Source: Nemertoderma westbladi
Taxonomy: Eukaryota > Animalia > Xenacoelomorpha
Direction of reading: 5' to 3'
Assembly (NCBI GenBank): GCA_032718475.1
Contig: JAUCBJ010003340.1
Location: 1 to 64,000 of the forward strand
DNA: 64,000 nt
In this document: piece after piece, positions 36,807-50,132 of the stretch
How positions within the stretch are numbered: the stretch's first letter is position 1
How the letters are laid out: every line of letters begins with the position of its first letter
Made by a program: the position numbers and the translations under genes
The notes under the pieces: model-generated
Seen by the model: only the letters and a program-made list of their open reading frames with translations
Databases searched by the model: none
Told to the model about the DNA's origin: nothing

Positions 36807-39716
36807 AATTAAAAATATTAAACAATAGCACCAAAAAAATACAAAACTCCTGATCTTCTAATAATATTCCATTGGTTCAATCATTCATTTACTGCTGCCT
36901 GTCCCTCCACAAAAATATGTTTGGTAGTCAGGTAGGACAATATTTGACATTAAAAGAATTCATCAGATGTTGACTTACTATATCTTTGTTGATAAGATGA
37001 CAACACGAGTTAACCTACAGGCAGGTTACAGCTTTAACTATGTCTGATACACAGTAAAATATTGATTCACACAGGTTTTCTCATAAGCAAGTGGAATACA
37101 GCCCGCTGGCTGACTGCCGTCACAATGTCCACCAGTGACGCAAATAGCAACACTTTCCTGAATGGTAAATCTATTATTCATATTTGGTTAGCCGGAATGA
37201 CTGGATTAGTACTGTTCAAATAAATGGGGCGTATAAGGATGTTACCATCGGTTCTCGCGTCCATAACTCTCTGTGACCATATTTTAAACCACTGTGACAT
37301 CGGTGATATAGCAAGAATGACCTTAAAACCGGGAGATTATAATATTATAAACCGCTGATAAAGTTAAAATAGAAAGAAGCACGGAGATTACAAATTAATG
37401 CACGGAATTCTCACAACCGCGTGAATGGTACAGTAGCTCTTTCCTGAGATACATACACTGCTACAGAGCAAATAGTTAAATAGGTCCATTTCCTGGGAAA
37501 GCCCCAAATAATAGTTGCATTTGCTTTAGATTAGCAGCGGCTAAATAGGTTATTATCTTTCTAAAATTGGCTAACTGTATTGCATGCGGTAAATGCTGCA
37601 TTAGAGAATATTATGCCGGGTTATCCTTTATCAACAGAATTGCAACACCGCAATGACGCAGGCGCAATACGAGATCCTATCACCCATGACTTTCACGAGA
37701 TTATCGGTATATTTAAGAGTAGGCCTAGTGTTCTTTCTTTAAGAGACGTTTCCTGAAATCATGGAATGTCCACCATGGTTACTCTCTCTATATGGCCGTC
37801 AAAATACGAGATCCGAGCTGGTCTTCAAGGTGATAAGCAATGTACTGCAAAGTGGAGGCGCGAGGTCTGATGAGCCAAAATATTGGGCTACTAATGAAAA
37901 CATCCACTTCTGTGTAAGGCTTGGTTGGATATATGTTCATTGTACTTATTTGGTACAATGAAAACAGCGTTGCATTCTTGTGTATGTTTTACATCGTCTA
38001 GAAATTTGGTATCTTCAGCAGTTCGAGCCCGGCATGGACTCCAATACAGAAGTATAATATAATTTTTTTAACTGTTTTATGTATTCATCATCCCAAGAAG
38101 CAGAAGTAATCCACGGAGGAGTATCAGTACAAGTACACCAACCTTAGAGCCTATGTTCATACAATCATACATTTCGTGAGGTCTATCGCAGTTAACTGTC
38201 AAAATGTTGGTCATCATGGTGTTAACAAAAAATCTAACACTAGAAGCAACATGTTCAAATTTGTTGATGAGCCGTTGGGCCTCCTCCAGTGATATTTTGA
38301 GAGTACTCCTAAGTCATCAGCATCAGCACTGTCTAAATCAGTTGGGTGATTGCCTGGATTTCGAGTCGCCTTCTGGATCAGAGGGTGGTGGCAACATCAC
38401 GACAGTAGCAGTCTCTCACTGGGATCCTGATACAATTCAAAATAATAAATACATTGCATATAGCCTTGCAGCAAACGATATTCCACGAAAAGACCCGAAG
38501 GGTGTTCTTCTTTGTGACTAGGCTTCGGTATTATATAACAATCAGTTATTTTAATGACCTCAGGGGGTCGCCATGGCGTAATTTGTATTAATGCTCTTTG
38601 CAGCAGATTTGACTCCGCCTAGGTTCAAAGCAAGCAAAACTCGCTCACGTAAGATTAAACTCTGCCTGGGCAATGTGCATCCTAAGTTCAGTTGAGATCC
38701 AAGATTATCTTGTTTAAACTGATAAATTACAAGGTAATGAATGACACAAATGTATCTTCGAAATATAACACCAGCCAGCAGTATAAGCAATATAATTATT
38801 AAATGAAGTAAAATAGAATTTCATAAATTAGCTGGACAACAATTATTAGAGGATGCGGAATTGGCCATGGATAATATAATGACTTTCAAATTTAATGATT
38901 ATCACAGCGACAAATGTCAAGGTTTGTTTGTTTTTCTTCAATCAGTTGCTTTGTGAACTCGGCAGATGAACTCACAACCAATCCCATCAATAATTCCAAT
39001 AAGGTATCCATTAAAATGGGCGTTTCGAAATCTATTTTGAAAACATATTTACTGAATAAATTTCTACCGCTCTCATGGAGACTGGCGGTATTTTATACTC
39101 TATCAATCGGATTCCGTCAAACAAACAAGTCGACTCGAAAGGACTGAAACAAAATTATGTATGAGCAGATTTCCCCCGATAAAATATACACTCTAGTGGG
39201 TAACTGGAGACGGGGAGAAAGACACACTCACACTCAGACAAATTGTAAGAAAATTCGCGACAAATTTTCCTCATTGAATTATACTTTGGGTGCATCCGTA
39301 TACCTGTTATAAATGCAGATAAGGGGGTGGGGACTTCCGACGCATCAAAATACCCCCCCCCCCCCCCCGTCAATTCAAATATCAATTCAAATAACAGCTG
39401 ATTACTCCAATAAATAGAAAACTTAACCTTTGCTATTGACTCTTATTTATTGTTTTTTGGTTAGAATAATGTGTATCCTACTCCTTTCTCTTAAATGATA
39501 CGGTAATTTAACATTGAGAACATTATTTCACAAATCTGGGATATGCGTCAAGTCTCCCCCCCCCCCCCCCCCCCCTCCCTGTTTCTAAAATTGTGGATCT
39601 GGACACATTCTGGATTCCGTAAAATACTAGTGAATGTTATATAAGTTATATATAATATTTTATAATTTTTATAATTTAATAATTTATATTTTTTTTATCA
39701 TAATTTTGTATTTCAG

Positions 39717-39899
39717 TTCTATCGAAAGTTTTCAACATGTTTGATAAAGACAGATCTGGTATGATCGATGGCAAGGAATTCCACAAGTTGATGAAAGAAG
39801 TTTTTAAGGATCAAATTGACCAAACGTTGGGAAAGAAGACAAAAAAGAAGGAATTGAAGCAAGCTTGTGAAGACTTATTAGTTAAATACGATAAAAATG
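39717..39899 (+). CDS. Two-EF-hand protein, exon 2
   Basis: TTTCAG acceptor and GTGAGA donor, 183 bp. Encodes LSKVFNMFDKDRSGMIDGKEFHKLMKE...LVKYDKN, with canonical EF loop DKDRSGMIDGKE. Confidence 0.88.
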
Positions 39900-40155
39900 G
39901 TGAGAATTAATTATTATTGTGGTCAATTAATTGTCGCTGGGTAAAATAATGAAATTATTACTGTATATTATAGTTGTAACTAATAGATTAACAAATATGG
40001 AAGCCAATCACTAATAGTTTCCTCCGTTGATTATCGTGGGTTAATCCACCTCTGGTTCATCAATAACAACACTCACCGGAGTGGTACAACAACAGTGTTC
40101 ATTAAGTGTGAACGACCCACCAAGCTGTTCTTATGTGTAATACTATTTTAATATA

Positions 40156-42019
40156 CAGGGTGTTCCACAAAATTTGACACGTTTTTGTTTTTTAATAACT
40201 TTGCGCGATCTCAACCTAATTTCCTAGTTTTGGTGGCAATTTGAAGCCAAAAGATAAACTTAAACTTTGGTTTGGGTATGGCATGTTTTAGTTGCTATGG
40301 AAACTTAATGTTGCTATATAAAACAAGAGTTTGATTATCCACTTAATTTTACTATAAATATAAAGGTATAAAACTGCACATATTAGTGATAATAATGAAA
40401 CATATAGGTAGTGGGCTAAAATAGTTTAATATTGGGTAAGTTTACAATGAGTTTACTACTACTTTATACTAATTTAATTTAATTAATTATAATAATTTAC
40501 TACTAATACACTTCAATATGTCCTCCTCCAATATGCTGGACGTGATCCAGTCTTCTGCGCATCTCCTTGAAGCAATTAGCGAAGTAATCCTGGGACAATG
40601 AACTAAAGGCATCCCGAATTGCCGTCTTCAGTTCCTCAACATTTTGAAGATTCTGGGCGTACACTAGATTCTTCACATGCTCCCATAGACTAAAATCCAA
40701 GGGAGTCATGTCTGGTGATCGTGGCGGCCACTTTACAGGAGCATCTCGACCGATCCATCGTCCCTGAAAGTTTTCATTGAGAAACTCTCTTACCAATAAG
40801 CCCCAGTGGGGTGGTGCACCGTCTTGTTGGAAGATTGCCGTGGAGAGATTTGATAACTGGGGAACAAAGTAGTCCTTTAGCAAGTCTAGGTAAGAGAACC
40901 TGTTTACAGTAGAATGGGGGAAGAAATAGGGGCCAATTAGTTTGGTTTCGGACATCGCAGCCCACACTGTAACCTTTGGGGTATCCCTAAACTTTTCTAC
41001 AATTTTATGAGGATTCTCCTTTCCCCAAATCCTACAATTCCATCTGTTTACTTGGCCGTTGATATGAAAAGTTGCCTCGTCGCTGAAGAACACGTTACTC
41101 AGGTCCTTATCATGGAGGTACTCTGCTATTTTAGAAGCGGCTTCTACTCGTGTTGAATAATCTGAGGATTGTAGTCCATGAACGACTTGGAGTTTGTAAG
41201 CTCTAAAGTGGAGATTCTTTGCAGTCCTATGCAAACATCCAAGACTAACATTTAGAGCCAATGATGCTCTACGTAATGAGGTTTCTGGGTGTGCGGTTAA
41301 ATATTGGCCAATATTATTAACAACATTTTCACTAAGGGGCAGTCTACCGGAACCTTTCTTACGCAAAAGCGTTTTTTCGTTTCGAAATTTAATGACAATC
41401 CTAGATATGTCTTTCCTTGTAGGTCGCCTTTCTCCAGGATATTTATGGGAATACTGTAGTGATACAAGTTTTGCAGATTTCAGCTCAAAAAACTTACTTA
41501 TGATGAAAACTTTCTGATCTCCAGAAAACATATTAGTTATTAAATTGACATCTAAATGTAACCAAAAAAGTTTATATGCTGTAATTATGTAGTGACTGTA
41601 GGCCTAACCATGAAGACATCAATAACAGTAGACAACCAATATGCAACACATGTACCAATATGTAACAAATGCACAATTAAAACACACTTAAAGCTACAGA
41701 TAGTGATGATGTTGTCTAGAATAAATAAATTTAGATTGTTACTATGACTTCACTAATACTTAATTTAGATCAATATTTAAAATTTGTCTTATATTCAACA
41801 TCTCCCTCATAAATTATCTGAGAACATTTCATATTATTTTTCAGAATAAGTGTTAGTGTGAATAATGTATGTTACCATAGCAACTAAAATATTCCATACC
41901 CAAACCAAAGTTTAAGTTTATCTTTTGGCTTCAAATTGCCACCAAAATTAGGAAATTAGGTTGAGATCGCGCAAAGTTATTAAAAAACAAAAACGTGTCA
42001 AATTTTGTGGAACACCCTG
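40156..42019 (-). mobile_element. Tc1/mariner DD41D (rosa/Visitor-type) element with long TIRs
   Basis: ~149-bp near-identical TIRs starting CAGGGTGTTCCAC; TA TSD at 40154-40155 and 42020-42021. Confidence 0.95.
40503..41531 (-). CDS. Intact DD41D transposase (342 aa)
   Basis: FSDEATF, FQQDGAPPH and WPPRSPDMTPLDF; 41 residues counted between the second and third catalytic Asp. Confidence 0.93.
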   Translation of the reverse strand: MFSGDQKVFIISKFFELKSAKLVSLQYSHKYPGERRPTRKDISRIVIKFRNEKTLLRKKGSGRLPLSENVVNNIGQYLTAHPETSLRRASLALNVSLGCLHRTAKNLHFRAYKLQVVHGLQSSDYSTRVEAASKIAEYLHDKDLSNVFFSDEATFHINGQVNRWNCRIWGKENPHKIVEKFRDTPKVTVWAAMSETKLIGPYFFPHSTVNRFSYLDLLKDYFVPQLSNLSTAIFQQDGAPPHWGLLVREFLNENFQGRWIGRDAPVKWPPRSPDMTPLDFSLWEHVKNLVYAQNLQNVEELKTAIRDAFSSLSQDYFANCFKEMRRRLDHVQHIGGGHIEVY

Positions 42020-42492
42020 TATATCTGTGGAATGTGTATAATGAATTCGAAGTCATTGGTAAGTACTGTAGAAGAAGTACTGCTAGTGTCAACCCACTAT
42101 AAGGGAAAAGGGAGAACGGATACTAGTCTAAATTGTAGCTTACAAACGATACTATAAGTCCTGCCTTTGTTTGTTTTTTTTCCTGGGGAATCCAAAGGTT
42201 GTATGATTTAAACTGTATATATGAGTTATAGCATTAATTATGTCCCAACCCATATGTCACATAACATCAGGATAATATGTATAGCAATAAAATTGGAGAT
42301 GTTAATTGTATGATTAATTACATAGATATCACATGGTGATGTTAGGTGGATTAAAACCGTTTTAATTAATTATGTTAGAAAACAATAGAGAAGTATTTCC
42401 ATTTAATTGAAATCCAATTGAGAGGAAGATTAATGATTTATCTACATACTGGTGATTAAATACCCATTGCTTATAAATATTGTCTAACTACT

Positions 42493-43293
42493 ATGGGCAA
42501 TAGGTTAAATAATTCAGCCAAATCTGAGTCAAACAATGAAGCCAAATCTGAGTCAAACAATGAAGCCAAATCAGAGTCAAACAATGAAGCCAAATCAGAG
42601 TCAAATAATGAAGCCAAATTAGATTCAAATAAAGCAGCAAAATCACAGTCTAATATTTCAGTTAAATCAGACCCACCGAAATCATATGCAACCATCGTTA
42701 TGCTAGGAAACGTAGATGTGGGTAAATCATCTTTAGTTCATCGATATAAATCCCATTTGAATTCGCAATTTTTACAACCAATAATAAGACCTCCTTTTGC
42801 GGTTGCTGGAGTTGATGGTACGTTATTAAAGTGGAATAATAAGACTATATACATTTTTAGTGAGCTGGGTATCGTCATCAAAAATGTAAAGATGTTGCAG
42901 CTATGCAATATAACTGACGCGCTGATTTGCACTTACAATATAACTGATCATGAGACATTTAATGATGTTAGAAGTGAGATAATCACTTTTATCCATTCAT
43001 TCAATATGAAAGACAACTGTTTGTATTTCGTTGTGGGAACGCATCTGGATCGGGAATCAGAGCGAAGAGTTACGTCGGAGGAGGGTCGGATTTTAGCGAA
43101 GAAGTTGAACCCTAACCACGTCAATTCCAATTTGTTCTTTTACGAAACAAGTTTAAAGAAAAACATCGGTATTACATGCATGTTCGAAAGATTACTGCAT
43201 TCTATCTTCCCGGATACTGAAGAACTGCAGATTAAACAAACTACCGTCTGCGCCGATGCTGATTCTATTGGAGTTTTTGAGATGATGTGGTAG
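42493..43293 (+). CDS. Divergent Ras/Rab-superfamily small GTPase-like protein with N-terminal octapeptide repeats
   Basis: 266-aa ORF with P-loop GNVDVGKSS, YNITDHETFNDV, G4-like VGTHLD, RRVTSEEG and G5-like YETSLK; (AKSESNNE)x4 near the N-terminus. Confidence 0.8.
   Translation: MGNRLNNSAKSESNNEAKSESNNEAKSESNNEAKSESNNEAKLDSNKAAKSQSNISVKSDPPKSYATIVMLGNVDVGKSSLVHRYKSHLNSQFLQPIIRPPFAVAGVDGTLLKWNNKTIYIFSELGIVIKNVKMLQLCNITDALICTYNITDHETFNDVRSEIITFIHSFNMKDNCLYFVVGTHLDRESERRVTSEEGRILAKKLNPNHVNSNLFFYETSLKKNIGITCMFERLLHSIFPDTEELQIKQTTVCADADSIGVFEMMW
42517..42612 (+). repeat. 24-bp coding tandem repeat x4
   Basis: GCCAAATC(T/A)GAGTCAAA(C/T)AATGAA units. Confidence 0.9.
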
Positions 43294-44989
43294 TTTTTTG
43301 CGAATTTGAGACAGTAGGTACTACAGTATCGGGATCAGAACATTGAACTCAAAGGTAACAAAAGATTCGCCTACCTGCTTGGTTCCGACCGGACCCAGAC
43401 ACTAGACACAAGTTATTCTCTTTTTAATCTGCACTCCAACCCAAAGTCACAGACGGTATGTCAGATTGATGGCAGGTAAGTATTGACAGTGAATTTGTGT
43501 TTTATAATCAAGATTGTAGGCGATCCAGTATACTTATACTGATGTCGATGTAGTAATGATATTGAAATATTTTTAAAATGATTTACCCTGTTTAATGCCT
43601 CAGAGAAAAAATGTAGGCCATTCTAGGATAAGAACATTTAACAGAAATCCCATAAAAAAAAATAATCATGTTATTATATCATATCTGAGAACGCAAGCAA
43701 TCAAATATTAACAAACACTAATAGGAATAGGTTGGCAGGCAGGGAGGCGTGCTTACCAACCTGGTTGAGCAGGCAATATCTAACCCAGTCTTGTATAGTT
43801 GTATCCCACCCCCCCCCCCCCCCCCCCCCGCCCCATGCCCAATGGTCAACCCAGCTAGTATCAGCTCCACCTGATCTATTGACCAATAACTGAGCAGTAT
43901 CCTATTTTGATATTACTGTTAATTGTTAATTATATTTGGATCAATTAAAAAACATTTTTACAGAAAATCACTTGAACTAATTAAAAACTACAATAGAACT
44001 ATTGACAAACTACTTGTGTACCAAGTTTGGTTAGATTTGATTGAGGATTGGACGAGTTATTTACGTTTAAATATTGGACACGACAGAGCGACAGACATCA
44101 ACAGGTTTGTGGGGTCTTCGCGCAACACGAGGGTTAGTTATGAGTCACAAGTTAAAATTGAGAAATTGAAAATTAACCAAACCGCCAATCAATAAAAGAA
44201 AGGGGGACAGTGTGTTGTTCTCCTTTAAATCCGCACCCCAACCCACAGACAGACGGTACCGCAGTACATGAGATTGATGCCAGGTAGGTATTGACAGTGA
44301 ATTTGTGTTTTATGGGTAAAATTAAGATCGTAGGCTGCTCAATTTGTCAGAAATATGGTAAAATTATCTCATCCCGCTAATGATATTTAAATATTATAAG
44401 ATTAATTAACCCTGAATGCCTCAGTGAAAATATGTAGGTACCGCGGTATGCAGCTTTGCTTGTTCTTTGACTGGGATCTCTGTTTGACCTCAGCATCCCA
44501 TAATCTCCATTGCGGAAATTTCATTTAACCTAAACAGTAAATACCAGAAAATTCTGGGTAGGCCTACATCACTTGTGGGCATGTAGACCAGCAATGGGAG
44601 AGTACCACAAAATAGTGCACTAAATGAGGGTATACCCAGAAAAATTTAAAAAATATTTTTGACCCACCTGTTTCCAATTTGACCAACTGAAATATAAATA
44701 CTAAACGAGATACTACAAGCAGTACAAGCCCTACATTGTAGTATACTGTATATACACTGTACAACAATTGATCATTTGCTCAGCAGTCAGGCAGTAATTT
44801 TTTATGTCCGTTTATTTGATTTATTTGTCCGCTTTACGAATTGTGGATAATGACTTTTGTTGTCCGTTTAATGACTTTTTATGTATGTATTTCTTCAAAC
44901 TGTCTGTTAAAATTTGCACACAGCTTAATTTGTTATTAATTTGTCACCGCGAGTTTGGTCGTTCCTACATCTCTTCTTAACAATCTTCA

Positions 44990-45056
44990 AACTGTCAGAC
45001 AGCTGATTTCTGGACTGTCAGACAGCTGATTTCTGGACTGTCAGACAGTTGATTTC
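44990..45056. repeat. 23-bp tandem repeat x3
   Basis: CTGTCAGACAGCTGATTTCTGGA repeated, third copy partial. Confidence 0.8.
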
Positions 45057-45635
45057 AACATGCCTGTGCCAAAACATTCAAAATTTGTTGATTTCTTGAC
45101 TTTCAGACAGTTTAATTTACAATAATTGTGGCAAAACATTCAAAATTCCATGATTTATAGACTATAAGATAGATTTCCATATGCACCTGTGGTAAAAGAA
45201 GAAAAATTTAATAATTAAATTTAAGAAAATTTAATAGTCTGTGGTTGTTGTCGATAATCGATTACCATATGACGTAGCGAAACACTCAATTTATAGCCAA
45301 AAAACCAATTCCATTCAATTAACTACCAATTCATGGAAATGAGCAGGTTACGAAGCATGCTTTTCTAACCAAGACCAAGACCAAGTTTCATTTTCATATT
45401 TAACTTGAACAGGTTAGATTATTAACACAAATATCAAGATTAACTATTTCATAGATTATGGCCTACAGAGTTTATGTTACAGTATGTTACATTGTTACTA
45501 TGTTACAGTAAGCAGTTTCAACATTACAGTTTCTTCGCGGTCTTGTCTGCAGTCATTGGGGTCTATAGTGGTGGGGTAACATCCGCATTGGCATGCACAA
45601 CATCAGCAATGAAGTCCCGGATCTCGTTGTGCCTG

Positions 45636-47580
45636 ATAATAATAATAATAATAATAAACAAATTTATTTTTGTTATTGCAGGCGCCCTTAGGGATCAGTG
45701 CGATCTTATCAGGGCGCCTGCAGCTAACTACCTAACCTAATTAAAACAACCAGTACCTATATACCTGTTCCATCAGTCACTTAATTAATAATAATACACT
45801 AAACAAACTGGACAAAAATACTAAAAGAGACTAGTTTTTAGTTTGTTTTTAAAGGTGTCATAGTTAATACCTCCAGTGCAGAATCTCATGTCGCTGGGTA
45901 GGGAGTTCCAGACTTGCGCTGCGTTGTAGTAGAAGGCCTTGCGCGCTTGCTCATTGACCGTATGCGGAACGTTTAGTTTGATTACGTCATTGGAGCGGAG
46001 AACACGCGAATCTGTTTGTATGTTTACATCCAGTCTCAGATATAAGGGAGCGTTCCCCGAGACACACTTGTATGTTACACAGGCTACTTTATAGTCAATT
46101 CTGGATTCAATTGGTAGCCAATGTAGTGATCTCAACATTGCTGAAGCAGAGTTGTAAACATAGCAGCCATTAATCACATTATAACGTGGAACATTAGTGA
46201 TCAACCGAGCAGCGCTATTCTGCACAGTTTGTAATCGTCTCCGTACAGTTTTAGCCGATGACTTTAGGATTCCATTCGAATAATCGAGACGACTCGTTAT
46301 GAAAGAGTGTGTTAAGGTTTCAAGCGAGGATCTGGGTAGATACGATCGAATTTTGTACAGGGAGCGAAGGTAGTATTTAGTTTTCGCTGCTGTACTCACA
46401 ATGTGCTCTTTAAATTTTAAATGCGAATCAAAAACTACACCCAGGCACTTAACTTGGCTTGAGAAAGGAATTCTAAAACTTCGGAAATTTAAAATTTGGG
46501 AATCATCAGGAATCTTCTTGCACTGCTGGAAGTCCCATAGACAATTATATCTGTTTTATCAGGATTAATTCGCAAGTGATTCTTGTCCATCCAACATGCT
46601 GCAGTATGTAGTGCCACTGACAATTTATCTTTAATGGTAGAAAAATCTTGAGGTTTACCAGTTGCAAAGAATTGGGTATCATCAGCATAATTGGATGATT
46701 TGGATCCAAGCGGGCCAATACGCCAGAAAAGGTCTGTCATGTACGCATTAAATAGGGTAGGACCAAGGATACTGCCCTGTGGAACACCCGTTTCTAGCAG
46801 TACCATATCAGACGTACTCCCTTCGATTTTTACTCGCTGGTATCTATCATGTAGGTATGATCCCAATAATTTCAATGCAGTCCCAGAGAAACCAAATTCG
46901 GTCTCTAACTTAGATAGAAGAGTCACGTGGTTAACGGTGTCAAAAGCAGCACTTAGGTCTATATATGCACAGATAGTTATATTTTTGTTCTCCATTGCTT
47001 TCAGGAACTGACTATGTAAGAAAAGATTCACGGTTTCAGTCGAGTGATTCTGTCTGTATCCAGACTGGGAGGAGTGAAAGGCAAACTGTTGGTTGGCTCT
47101 GAACATAATCGCTTTCTCTATAACCTTTGAGATAAAACTTAGATTACTGACTGGCCTGTAGTTATTCAAACATTCAGGATCCAGCGACGGCTTTTTCAGT
47201 AATGGCCTCACAACTGCCACTTTCAGAAATCTAGGGAATTCTCCTTTACATAAGACCTGATTCACGTAATTTGTCAGCGGCCGGATAATAAGAGTCGAGT
47301 TCACAAGATGCGCTTGACATGTTTTTGATCAGTTTGGACAATTCTGCCTCTGATAGGGGTAAAAATTCCTCAAACTGCTTCTCGTAGAGTTTCGGTAAGT
47401 TTCTGCAGTCGCAATGCATGTCAAAAGATTTTACGATATTGCGAACCTTTCCAACGAAGAAATCAGAGAATTTGATCGCTAGATCTGAGCAGTTTCCCAG
47501 GGTTGTAGGTAGTATTGGTGAGTTTGACTTTCCTAATAAGCGTTTGAATTGTTTCCAGAGGGCACGGGATAGAAGGAAAT
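45636..47580 (-). mobile_element. L2-clade LINE, 5'-truncated, with RT and (ATT)n tail
   Basis: NYRPVSNLSFISKVIEK, DLSAAFDTV, GVPQGSILGP, YADD, SRLDYSN, LQTVQNSAARL and LHWLPI; TAA repeats at 45636-45658. Confidence 0.92.
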
Positions 47581-47584
47581 CCTC

Positions 47585-48160
47585 CGATACAGACGACAGA
47601 ACGTGGGAAGGAGAAAATCGCTCCTCACAGACACAACGAGACGGTAGAGACTTTGGCATCCACCCATAACGGAGGCACAGGGCATCCCTGAATTTACCCT
47701 TGTCCAGGTGGGTGTCCTGGAGGATGAGTGGCTTTGTGTTGAGCCAGATAGAAGCGCCCTTTTCGGTGGTCAGTCTGTGGAGCCGTCGCTGGGGAGGAGA
47801 TGACTTTCCCACCACTTCCTCTCTCTTTTCCATCGACTGGAGCAGCGCCTCTACCTTCAACCTGCCCACCACCTCCTTGTGTTTCTCCCGGACCTGCGCC
47901 ATTGTATCCGGTGTGGCGGTGATGAATGGCTCACAGACCCGAAGCGAGTAGGTAAACTGATGTGACAGGTCAGTGGGCACTGGAATGACGATACCCCCAT
48001 CACGGACTGGCAGGGAGAGCAACAGGCGTTCCTCTTTTGAGATAGCAGGCCGATCGGTGAGACGGCAAAGGAATCGATTAACAGCTTCCTCCAACAGGGT
48101 GAGATGGGCTGGCGCGGTGGCTACAACACGGGTGATGAATGGCCACTGACAGGCAAGGCC
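47585..48160 (-). mobile_element. CRE-like retroelement fragment abutting the L2
   Basis: LLSLPVRDGG, KGASIWL and FRDALCLRYGW..LPSRCVC...H. GC content rises abruptly relative to the L2. Confidence 0.7.
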
Positions 48161-48990
48161 AAACGCTTTTCTAACCAAAAATAGTCAACGATCACTTAAC
48201 TAATTGAGGGAAAGGAACAGGTTACAGAGGTGGGACAATCCAACCAAAACAATAACCAGTCACTTTACCAAATGAAGGAAAGGAGCAGGTCACATAGGCG
48301 GGCTTTCTAACCAAAACAATAAACGGTCACTTTACCAAATCAGGGAAAGGAGCAGGTTACAGAGGCGGGATTTTCTAACCAAAACAATAAACGATCACTT
48401 AACTAATTCAGGGAAAGGAGCAGGTTACAGAGGCGTGATTTTATAACCAAAACAATAAACAGTCACTTTAGCAATTGAGGGAAAGGAGCAGAAAAAGGGG
48501 GGCTTTTCCAACCAAAACTATAACCGATCACTTTACCCATTGAGGCAAAGGAGCAGGTTCCAGAGGCAGGCTTTTCTAACCAAAACAATAAACGAGCACC
48601 TTACCAATTGAGGGAACGGAGCAGGTTACATAACTGGCTATTCTAACCAAAACAATAACAATCACTTTACCTATTGAGGCAAAGGAGCAGGTTTCAGAGA
48701 TGGGTTTTTCTAACCAAAACAATAAACGATCACTTTATCTATTGGAGGGAAGGAGCAGGTTACATAGTTGTGCTATTCTAACCAAAACAATAAACTTTAC
48801 GTATTAGGGGAAAGGAGCAGGTTACAGAGGCGGGCTTTTCTAACTAAAACAATAAACGGTCACTTTACCAATTGGGGGAAAGAGCAGGGTACAGAGGCGG
48901 TGTTTCTAACCAAAACAATAAATGATCACTTTAGCAATTGGGGAAATGAGCAGGCTACAGAAACGTAATTTTCTAACCAAAACAATAAGC
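48160..48990. repeat. ~62-bp minisatellite (about 13 units)
   Basis: TTTCTAACCAAAACAATAAACGATCACTTTACCAATTGAGGGAAAGGAGCAGGTTACAGAGG repeated. Confidence 0.92.
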
Positions 48991-49757
48991 GATATAAAAA
49001 AAAGTAAAGTAAATTTTCTTCGGCCACTAGGCCAGGGATTACACACAAAGTCTGACGACTTATTTCCAGTGCTTTCCCCCCAGAACTGTAATCCCCAGAG
49101 AAAACTCCAGTACTAATTTAGCTACCACTTAAGGATGCAAGGCAGAGATGCGCCCTGGCTGGATACTACTTTACCAATTGAGGAAAAGGAGCATTTTACG
49201 TCGGCATTATTTTACATTATGTACAGTTGTATATATCCTTTATTGGGACACCTTCTTTGCTTTTTAGCTAAAACAGCACCGATATTTTCGATATCAGTGT
49301 GTTTTCGCTACCAAATGGGGAATAAGTAGATTTTTCGAACACATTGTATGTGGACTGATCTGTAAGTTTAGAACTAACTACATTATAGATTTAGAGGTGC
49401 CACTTCAGCTACCCGTAACATTACAGTAGTCATGATCCATTTTAAATGCATTATCCAGATATGTATCAATTATCTAAAATTTATCAATTATTTAAAAGGT
49501 AGCGCGGTCAGCCGGGACTGAAGTGATGAAGAAGTTTATTAATTACCATCATTCTCTCATTTACAACTGTTTAGGCTACATATCAGAGTACCGGTATCAG
49601 TATCTATTGTACATAGTAGCTGAGTAGTATAATGCTATATAATTCTCTCTACTCTAAGGCATAAGCTTTACACTTACATACAATACAGCAATACTGCAAA
49701 ATACTGCTCTATATACTAATACCGGTACTGATACTAAAGTTCAAATTTTCCGCCAAT

Positions 49758-50132
49758 CTAATACCATAGCTGAAGGGCTACCCCCATCTCTGTTTGTTTA
49801 TTCAAAAGGGGTATTGTCGCCTCTTTTATGCTCAAAGATTCGGCAATACGTACATGACTCCTTTTTTGACACATATATGCGATTTTAAAACTATCGCTCG
49901 GCGGACGCACCTGCCCACATATTGGCCAGTGCTCCGAAACAGATGTCCCTCCCGCAGTACGCCTATGTTCGGAAACCCTATCATGGAAATGGCGCACAGT
50001 GTGGCCAATGTACGCCTTTTGACAGGCATGACATTCGTACTTATATACGATATTTGATCGAAGGGGTTCCGGAACACGATCTTTATTAGGGAACAGACTG
50101 CCAACCTTTTTTGCTCTAAAGGCCATAAGCAA
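49758..50132 (-). mobile_element. Penelope-like GIY-YIG endonuclease fragment
   Basis: KDRVPEPLRSNIVYKYECHACQKAYIGHTVRHFHDRVSEH...IAESLSIK...LNKQ. Confidence 0.85.

Noticed and set aside
37860-37900. CTGATGAGCC...GGC as a third hammerhead
   Set aside because: No GAAA directly after helix II and no helix I or III partners.
37000-38800. Moderately GC-rich intronic stretch with short ORFs
   Set aside because: Possibly a decayed element, but I found no recognisable motif, TIR or splice-consistent frame.
43440-44440. Two ~170-bp direct repeats containing GCAGGTAAGT/CCAGGTAGGT donor-like sites
   Set aside because: A dispersed repeat; no matching acceptor or coding frame compatible with the neighbouring genes was found.
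48160-48990. CRISPR-like regular repeats
   Set aside because: Whole units are repeated with no unique spacers and no cas genes, in a eukaryotic context.
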